A program made the position numbers and the translations under genes. The notes under the pieces were generated by a model. It had not been told where the DNA came from. It searched no databases and saw only the letters and a list, made by a program, of their open reading frames with translations. Below are positions 57,379-64,000 of a DNA stretch of 64,000 nt, piece after piece. The first letter of the stretch is position 1. Every line of letters begins with the position of its first letter. The stretch comes from an uncultured delta proteobacterium (lineage in GTDB: Bacteria; Desulfobacterota; Syntrophobacteria; BM002), in NCBI GenBank assembly GCA_963712115.1, contig CAVQGX010000002.1:32001-96000 (forward strand), written 5' to 3'.

Positions 57379-58978
57379 GAGTCTGTCGGAGTATTACTAG
57401 GATTTCTTTGACTCCTTCGGTTGTTCTTTGAAAATCTGAGCGTTTTGTATCGAAGCCGACCTTGGTCAGTTGGTGCTGTCAGGCTTGGACCCCTTGTCTT
57501 TGCTCAAGCTGACGAGCAAGGTTCAGTATCCCCCTGGGGTTAGGCTGTTACCGGCTTCCATCCACTGCGAAACAGCTTCAAGAGGTTGTGCCCGAGGCAG
57601 ATCAACTCCCACTCGGCACTCACCTTGTCGAAGCCCCGCAAGAGGAACTGGCGGAACCCTCGCACCTGCTTGATTTGGCCAAACACTGGCTCGACGATCT
57701 CTTTGCGCTTCGAATAGGTGTTTCTGCCCCTGATCGTTCGCAGCTTGCGAGCCATTCGCTCCTTGACCGTGGCATCTTTGGGAATACGCCCTCGAGGAGC
57801 CGCTGGCACCCGATCCGTGTGCTTCCACTTACCAGTAGCCACATAGGCGTCGATGTGTTGGTCAGTAAGGTAGGTGACATTGTCTTGGCTGTAGTAGTCA
57901 CTATCAGCACTTAGCTGCTTGGGCGTGGCGCCATCTAGGTTGCTCTTCAGTTTCTCCATTACTGGTTTGACTTGACGCTTGTCGTTGGCATACTGGGTAA
58001 CCCGTGGAGCAAGGATCACCTGATGGGCCTCATCAACAGCTGCCTGGCAGTTGTAGCATTGTTCAAAAGACTTGGTGGCGCTCATCTTCATGATCCGCGA
58101 GTCCGGATCAGTGAAGTTGCGCTGGGCTTTAGGCTCGGGCTTGTCTGAAGGAGCCTTCGGTGGTCGACCTCGACGGCTACCCGGACGACTATCGTAGTCC
58201 TGTCTCTTTTTCTCGTAGGCGGCTTGTTGCTCAGGAGCATGCTTTAAGACTTCCCGCTCCAGTGCCGCTTTGGCCTCTTTGATCTTGGCAAGCCGTGATT
58301 GCTTGAACCGCAGCTCCTCGGGTACCTCGTCACCACCTCGGCCCTTTCCGTAACGGCTGTCCTCGCTCGCATCCATTGCCTCGGCCTCAGCAAGCAGACG
58401 CTGCACTTCGGCTTCGAGCTCTCGAACACTCTTTTCCATGCGAGCGTAGCTCATCGCCTTGTGCTTCGAAGCGTTGGCCCGAACCTTTGTACCATCCAAG
58501 GCTACGTGCCCCAACTTTAACAATCCAGCTCTCTGGCACAGCCTGAGCACCTGGACAAAAAGAGCGGCTAATGCCTTCAGATGGCGACGACGAAACGCAC
58601 AAATGGTGGCGTGATCCGGATGTTGGTCTGCCGCAAGCAGCCGAAACGCAATTGACTCATAGGTGGCTTTCTCGATCTTGCGGCTACTGGGAACCCCTAC
58701 ACAGTAGGCGTAGATCAAAAGCGCCACCATCATCTCAGGATGGTACGCTGGATAGCCCCCTTTGGAACCATCATAGCTAGCGAAAATCTCTGATAGCTCC
58801 AACTGACCCACCACATCACGGATGAAGTACACCAAGTGGTCTTCAGGCAACCACTTGCTCATGTCGGGGGGCAACAAAAACAACTGACCTGGCTCGTAAC
58901 GGCGGAATGTATTTGGTGTTTTCATGAACCAGAGTTTACCATATTAACTCATAACTTTGGGAGTACTCCGACAGACTC
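57379..58978 (-). mobile_element. IS1182-family insertion sequence, copy 1 (1600 bp)
   Basis: 15-bp terminal IRs GAGTCTGTCGGAGTA / TACTCCGACAGACTC, with CTAG on both flanks. Confidence 0.92.
57540..58925 (-). CDS. IS1182-family DDE transposase
   Basis: GVPSSRKIE, PDH-TI, DGTKV-ANAS, TDPDSR-M, YN-Q, AD-Y, R-VEPVFG-IK and HNL motifs. Confidence 0.95.
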   Translation of the reverse strand: MKTPNTFRRYEPGQLFLLPPDMSKWLPEDHLVYFIRDVVGQLELSEIFASYDGSKGGYPAYHPEMMVALLIYAYCVGVPSSRKIEKATYESIAFRLLAADQHPDHATICAFRRRHLKALAALFVQVLRLCQRAGLLKLGHVALDGTKVRANASKHKAMSYARMEKSVRELEAEVQRLLAEAEAMDASEDSRYGKGRGGDEVPEELRFKQSRLAKIKEAKAALEREVLKHAPEQQAAYEKKRQDYDSRPGSRRGRPPKAPSDKPEPKAQRNFTDPDSRIMKMSATKSFEQCYNCQAAVDEAHQVILAPRVTQYANDKRQVKPVMEKLKSNLDGATPKQLSADSDYYSQDNVTYLTDQHIDAYVATGKWKHTDRVPAAPRGRIPKDATVKERMARKLRTIRGRNTYSKRKEIVEPVFGQIKQVRGFRQFLLRGFDKVSAEWELICLGHNLLKLFRSGWKPVTA

Positions 58979-59351
58979 CTAGAAGACGAAATTCTCAGGA
59001 TGGGGATTGGCTTGGACTTCGGGTAAGAACGCTTACTTTCAGCTTAAGCGGAAATCAGCTTATGACCTTTGAGAAGGCAGTTTTTAGAGCAGATTTTTCC
59101 CGTTACAGATCATCACGCGGCTTGCGTGCAAGAGCTTGTAATTTTATTCTTTTTCCACTACACTTCAAGAAGTTGAATACTCATCCTCTTTAGGTCATCA
59201 GCTCCCCTGCAGGCGAACTGCGATAAGGAATATCGACTTGGGCGCTATCAAAATAAGCCCTGGCAATGTGTGAATTGTCTGAAAGGAAAAAGGGCTTAAG
59301 TCGTGCCAATGCTAATTCAGTGACTTTATAAGATCCCAAACCACCTTTGAA

Positions 59352-60629
59352 ATGACAGCTATATTGAAAAATATAAAAAGAAAGCTTGCCCGGGAAAGAA
59401 ATCTTCCGGAAGACATTGCTGAAATAGGCGTCCCCGCGAATGACAATGAAGATGAGATCATTGATCTGGTGGATTCTCTGGAAGAAGACTCATGCACCAC
59501 AAATGATACGGTTTTTGGCGAAGCAGAGCCAGTAGGTGCCTTAAGTGATGAGCCCTCGGACGAGAAGGTAGAAAAAGTTCTTGAAACCGATGGTGAAGTT
59601 GTAGATGAACTCGAGGATACATTGGATGCGGAATTGTTAAAAGGTGTTGCTTGGAAAATTCCTCAAGCGCCGGCCAGTGAGAATATGACTGATCAGGATC
59701 TTGAAGAAGCCTTGCTGGAACTATTTGAATCAAGTGAGTCATTTGTTTCCGAAATTGTCGAACAGGGCCAAGAAAGTGGCGAAAAGGACGAAGAAATTTC
59801 TTCGGCCGGTGCGAATCGCCTTGGCTACAGGCCAGTGGATTTGCAGATAACCGCTGAGGCTGTCAAAGAAAAAAATACCACCGGAAAGGGACCTGAACTA
59901 GAAGATGCGATACGCAAGAATCTCTTCGTTAACATAAAGTTAGAGAAAGGAGACCTTGACGATAAGGCTCTTACCGTTGAGCCCGATGCTCCGAGGAGAG
60001 AGTTTGAAATGACAACTGACAAAATAGCTTGGATAGAAAGTGACCAGTATTACCCAACAGCTCTTCAGGCGCTTGACAAAAAAATCGCAGAATTTAAGCA
60101 AGAGATAGAAAATCTAACTGCCGAGAAAGAGAAATTGAAGAAAAAGTACGAATCTGTAAGAAGCATTCTATACTTAAAGGATGAAGAGCTAAAGAAAGCC
60201 GTGGCAGAAATATTCGCTAATTACTGGTCTTTAAAGATTTCTCATATGGATAAAACAAAAAGAGCAGGATTCAGAGAAAACATTCTGATTGAACATAACG
60301 GCAGTGATATTTTGGTCAAAATTAAAGGGACCCATGAGGACTACCCGTCAATTAAATTTATCACTGAAGTCTGGAAAGATTTACATTATTCAGGATTGGG
60401 AACCGGCGCTGAAGGTGCCCTGGTTTTAAACTACGGCTTGGAGAAAAATCCCAAAGAAAGAAACTTAGCATATAAGGAAGACAAAGAGCAGCTTGAGGAC
60501 CTCATTTTCATAGATACTAGAGTGCTTCACAACTTGACTACCGTAATAATTGATGGCGATCTAACTATCGAAGAAGCAAAAAGAATACTCTTGAAAAAAG
60601 GTAGAGTTGAATACAATATATCGGATTAA
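59352..60629 (+). CDS. Hypothetical protein: acidic N-terminus, coiled coil and alpha/beta C-terminal domain
   Basis: 425-aa ORF, visibly more AT-rich than the core genes. Confidence 0.75.
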   Translation: MTAILKNIKRKLARERNLPEDIAEIGVPANDNEDEIIDLVDSLEEDSCTTNDTVFGEAEPVGALSDEPSDEKVEKVLETDGEVVDELEDTLDAELLKGVAWKIPQAPASENMTDQDLEEALLELFESSESFVSEIVEQGQESGEKDEEISSAGANRLGYRPVDLQITAEAVKEKNTTGKGPELEDAIRKNLFVNIKLEKGDLDDKALTVEPDAPRREFEMTTDKIAWIESDQYYPTALQALDKKIAEFKQEIENLTAEKEKLKKKYESVRSILYLKDEELKKAVAEIFANYWSLKISHMDKTKRAGFRENILIEHNGSDILVKIKGTHEDYPSIKFITEVWKDLHYSGLGTGAEGALVLNYGLEKNPKERNLAYKEDKEQLEDLIFIDTRVLHNLTTVIIDGDLTIEEAKRILLKKGRVEYNISD

Positions 60630-60639
60630 GCCTACTATT

Positions 60640-60900
60640 TCCTGGTAGGATAACAACCAGCTGGCCGCCTTCCTCCTGGCCATTCAACACGTAACGAATA
60701 CCGAATTTTGTGCCGCCCTTGCCGGGAATTCTTTTGGTGCGTCTGATAAGTTCTCTCGAATCGATGACTTGAATTTCGCCCCTCTGGGTGTTGGGAGCTT
60801 CTTGCCAGGTGGCGAAGGTGGTTTTGTACAAACCGAAGTCGATGATCTCTATGCTATCGACATCTGAGGCTTGAGAAAACAAACGGCCACAAAACAGCAA
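60640..60900 (-). pseudogene. Fragment resembling DUF3859 proteins
   Basis: IEIIDFGLY...T-RIP-G-FGIRY matches the N-terminal half of this family, then the similarity stops. Confidence 0.45.
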
Positions 60901-61874
60901 TGAGGTCTGGGCGATACTACCTGAGAAGGCGATGCACCTTGCTTCTGTTATTTGTGGTCTGGATAGTCTGCTCTAATGGCTGTGCCACGCCGGCTGTTTC
61001 TCCACCACCTTCTGAGGAAGCTGTCAAGGAAAAACCAGAGATTGTCCCTCATGTACTGAGGGAGATTCGGGTGACCGATAAGAAGGTTCTTTTGAAACTT
61101 ATTCGCTCCGGCTCAAGAAGCATCAACTACACCGGCTTCAAGTTACTTGATCCTTTGCGCCTGGTGGTGGATTTGTTTTATACAGTGGCTGATAGAGTGC
61201 CTTCCCCTATAGCAGTGGAAGATGAGATCATCAGCAAAGTTGAAACCATAGAGTTTATCCATGAATTACAACCTGTAACTCGAGTCGAGATAAGTTTAAA
61301 CCAGGATACTGCGTATCTCATAGACCAAGCGCAAGATGAGATATGGGTGACCTTTTATACAGATCCCCATCTAATAGAGGCTGCAGAAGCCCAGGGTGAG
61401 CTTGTTATTCATCCAGAGGTTGAGGAGCCGCCAACTAATAAAAAGAAGGGAAAGACATCGGACATTTCCCAGGCCCCTATGGAAGAGCCCGGAGTTACTC
61501 CTCCTCCTGCTGCAAAAGAGACCCTGGCTCCCGCTAGCAAAATCTTGGACATTCAACAGACAGTTTCTGGCGAGGACCTCAATGTCTATATTATTGGCAA
61601 TGGACGGCTTGATAACTACGATGTCTTTGTGCTTAGTGATCCACCCCGTCTAGTGCTGGATTTCTTTGGCGTGCGATCCACCATGGTCAAAGATGTCCTG
61701 ATTCCAGATGGCCCTTGGGTCAAACAAGTAAGGGTGGGTTTGCACTCAAACAAAGTGCGAGTAGTCTTTGACCTTATCCATGCCCCCAAAGCGGAAGTGC
61801 CTCATCAAATCACTTTTGACGATAGCCGACTGGTGATCTCTTTCAAACCAGGGCCTAGCTTTCCACCTCGATAA
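60900..61874 (+). CDS. Lipoprotein with two AMIN domains (PilQ N-terminus-like, no secretin)
   Basis: Lipobox SNGC; two copies of Y-x-x-F-x-L-x-DP-x-RLV-x-D; VRVG..VRVVFDL. Confidence 0.85.
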   Translation: MRSGRYYLRRRCTLLLLFVVWIVCSNGCATPAVSPPPSEEAVKEKPEIVPHVLREIRVTDKKVLLKLIRSGSRSINYTGFKLLDPLRLVVDLFYTVADRVPSPIAVEDEIISKVETIEFIHELQPVTRVEISLNQDTAYLIDQAQDEIWVTFYTDPHLIEAAEAQGELVIHPEVEEPPTNKKKGKTSDISQAPMEEPGVTPPPAAKETLAPASKILDIQQTVSGEDLNVYIIGNGRLDNYDVFVLSDPPRLVLDFFGVRSTMVKDVLIPDGPWVKQVRVGLHSNKVRVVFDLIHAPKAEVPHQITFDDSRLVISFKPGPSFPPR

Positions 61875-62032
61875 TCTGATATCGGCAGTTTTCTGTTTTC
61901 AAGGCTACATATAGTGGCCGGTTCTCAAAAGCTAAAGTGTAGATTAAACTATGTAAACTGCCGTCCAAAGTGATAGGAGACGGTTTTCGATGGTATGCTA
62001 AGTTGCTCTTCCTCGTTTTGGTTCTGCTAAAG

Positions 62033-62467
62033 TCAAGCCTCTGGTCGATTCTTCTCAAGTTCCTTTATATAAGCCACAGCTCTTTCCAGTTCATTGGTTA
62101 GGTAGCGTGTACGGAGAATCGACTTCACGCGGACTCCCAGCTCTACCAAGTCAATGGGCTTGTTGAGGAAATCATCAGCTCCCACTTCAATCGCATCTAT
62201 CTTGTTTTCCTCATATCCGGTTATCATTATGATGGGTATATACTGCGTTTTCGGCTCAGCCTTTAATCTCCTGCAGACTTCTATCCCGTCAATACCGGGC
62301 ATCCTAACATCCAGCAAGATTGCATGTGGAGCCTCTCGTTTTGCCAACTCTGTGGCCTCTTCTCCGGCTGAGGCCAGAATTACTTCATATCCTTCTTCTG
62401 TTAGAAAGCTAGCAAGTAAATCTCTTATCTCCAGTTCATCGTCAACCACTAGCACCTTTTCTCCCAT
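62033..62467 (-). CDS. Response regulator (receiver plus short helix, no output domain)
   Basis: VLVVDD, LLDVRMPGIDG, IMITG and GADDFLNKP motifs; probable ATG 62467. Confidence 0.9.
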   Translation of the reverse strand: MGEKVLVVDDELEIRDLLASFLTEEGYEVILASAGEEATELAKREAPHAILLDVRMPGIDGIEVCRRLKAEPKTQYIPIIMITGYEENKIDAIEVGADDFLNKPIDLVELGVRVKSILRTRYLTNELERAVAYIKELEKNRPEA

Positions 62468-63035
62468 GATACCCCTCCCTTCTTCGACTTCAAATTTTCG
62501 GATAAATGATCTTCCCCCTTTCAGCTGCGGAAGACCGGACAAAGTAGACCCTCCAAGATTTCAGTGATGAGCATCTACTATTGGGTGGCCCAATTTCTCA
62601 TCAGTGATCCAGTGTGGGCTTACGATGACTTGGTTGAGACAGGATGTTTGTGTGCTAACGTATAGCTTCGTCTGAACTTACCTATCGAGGTTATGCGCCT
62701 TTGGTAGGTTCAAGGCTTACATTCTCAGAGGGTTTTCAGTTTGTCAAGAAGTTTGTCCACAGGGCCACCGCAATTCTGCCAGCTTCAAAAGGCCTATTCC
62801 CATGATTAATTGTTTTCTTTTGGGAAGATGGAAAGCGGATCGGGGTCACAGCCAAAGTACGCATTGCATCCCTTAATTCACACTCGTCCGTTTTTTAAGC
62901 TGGCACAAGATGTTGAGAAGAAAAAAGCGGAGCCAAAAACTCCGCATTTTCTTGGTGTAAATCGAGATATTGTGGCTTGGTCTCAACAGCAAAAGTGTGG
63001 ATTTAAGTATGTAATTCACATTTCAGGTAGGCTAG

Positions 63036-64000
63036 GAGTCTGTCGGAGTATTACTAGGATTTCTTTGACTCCTTCGGTTGTTCTTTGAAAATCTGAGCGT
63101 TTTGTATCGAAGCCGACCTTGGTCAGTTGGTGCTGTCAGGCTTGGACCCCTTGTCTTTGCTCAAGCTGACGAGCAAGGTTCAGTATCCCCCTCGGGTTAG
63201 GCTGTTACCGGCTTCCATCCACTGCGAAACAGCTTCAAGAGGTTGTGCCCGAGGCAGATCAACTCCCACTCGGCACTCACCTTGTCGAAGCCCCACAAGA
63301 GGAACTGGCGGAACCTTCGCACCTGCTTGATTTGGCCAAACACTGGCTCGACGATCTCTTTGCGCTTCGAATAGGTGTTTCTGCCCCTGATCGTTCGCAG
63401 CTTGCGAGCCATTCGCTCCTTGACCGTGGCATCTTTGGGAATAAGCCCTCGAGGAGCCGCTGGCACCCGATCCGTGTGCTTCCACTTACCAGTAGCCACA
63501 TAGGCGTCGATGTGTTGGTCAGTAAGGTAGGTGACATTGTCTTGGCTGTAGTAGTCACTATCAGCACTTAGCTGCTTGGGCGTGGCGCCATCTAGGTTGC
63601 TCTTCAGTTTCTCCATTACTGGTTTGACTTGACGCTTGTCGTTGGCATACTGGGTAACCCGTGGAGCAAGGATCACCTGATGGGCCTCATCAACAGCTGC
63701 CTGGCAGTTGTAGCATTGTTCAAAAGACTTGGTGGCGCTCATCTTCATGATCCGCGAGTCCGGATCAGTGAAGTTGCGCTGGGCTTTAGGCTCGGGCTTG
63801 TCTGAAGGAGCCTTCGGTGGTCGACCTCGACGGCTACCCGGACGACTATCGTAGTCCTGTCTCTTTTTCTCGTAGGCGGCTTGTTGCTCAGGAGCATGCT
63901 TTAAGACTTCCCGCTCCAGTGCCGCTTTGGCCTCTTTGATCTTGGCAAGCCGTGATTGCTTGAACCGCAGCTCCTCGGGTACCTCGTCACCACCTCGGCC
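63036..64000 (-). mobile_element. IS1182-family insertion sequence, copy 2 (runs past the window end)
   Basis: CTAG plus GAGTCTGTCGGAGTA end; colinear with copy 1 at an offset of 5657 bp, with four substitutions seen. Confidence 0.93.
63197..64000 (-). CDS. IS1182-family transposase, 3' part (5' end outside the window)
   Basis: Near-identical to the C-terminal part of 57540-58925. Confidence 0.9.
   Translation of the reverse strand, partial: GRGGDEVPEELRFKQSRLAKIKEAKAALEREVLKHAPEQQAAYEKKRQDYDSRPGSRRGRPPKAPSDKPEPKAQRNFTDPDSRIMKMSATKSFEQCYNCQAAVDEAHQVILAPRVTQYANDKRQVKPVMEKLKSNLDGATPKQLSADSDYYSQDNVTYLTDQHIDAYVATGKWKHTDRVPAAPRGLIPKDATVKERMARKLRTIRGRNTYSKRKEIVEPVFGQIKQVRRFRQFLLWGFDKVSAEWELICLGHNLLKLFRSGWKPVTA

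Noticed and set aside
62901-62916. Sigma54 promoter TGGCACAAGATGTTGA
   Set aside because: The -12 GC is absent and the spacing is off by one.

Overview
A 64-kb chromosomal segment from an anaerobic Desulfobacterota (deltaproteobacterial)-type bacterium, inferred from the 16S signatures and gene content. The left half is housekeeping: the atpF'FHAGDC ATP synthase genes, a short glmU-like gene, glmS, zapB-zapA-6S RNA-rny-ymdB, tyrS and a full 16S-Ile-Ala-23S-5S rRNA operon. Next come a Wood-Ljungdahl CODH/ACS operon (acsD-cooS-acsB-acsC-acsE) and an acyl-CoA catabolism set (CoA lyase, TetR, icmF, acyl-CoA dehydrogenase, thioesterase; thiolase-hbd further right). The right part holds trxB, two-component genes, proteases and two IS1182-family copies bracketing about 4 kb of cargo. 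Top observations: (1) a 75-aa TusA/SirA-fold ORF missed by the ORF track, with an in-frame UGA in a vicinal Cys-Sec motif and a SECIS-like hairpin, divergent from thioredoxin reductase; (2) an identical 20-bp operator at the same offset from TTGACA in the tetR-icmF and thiolase-hbd promoters; (3) a 184-bp MITE pair with compensatory base changes; (4) a degenerate, self-folding copy of 6S RNA upstream of the real one; (5) pervasive modular inverted 7/8-mer intergenic repeats. Three +1 frameshifts are probably assembly errors.
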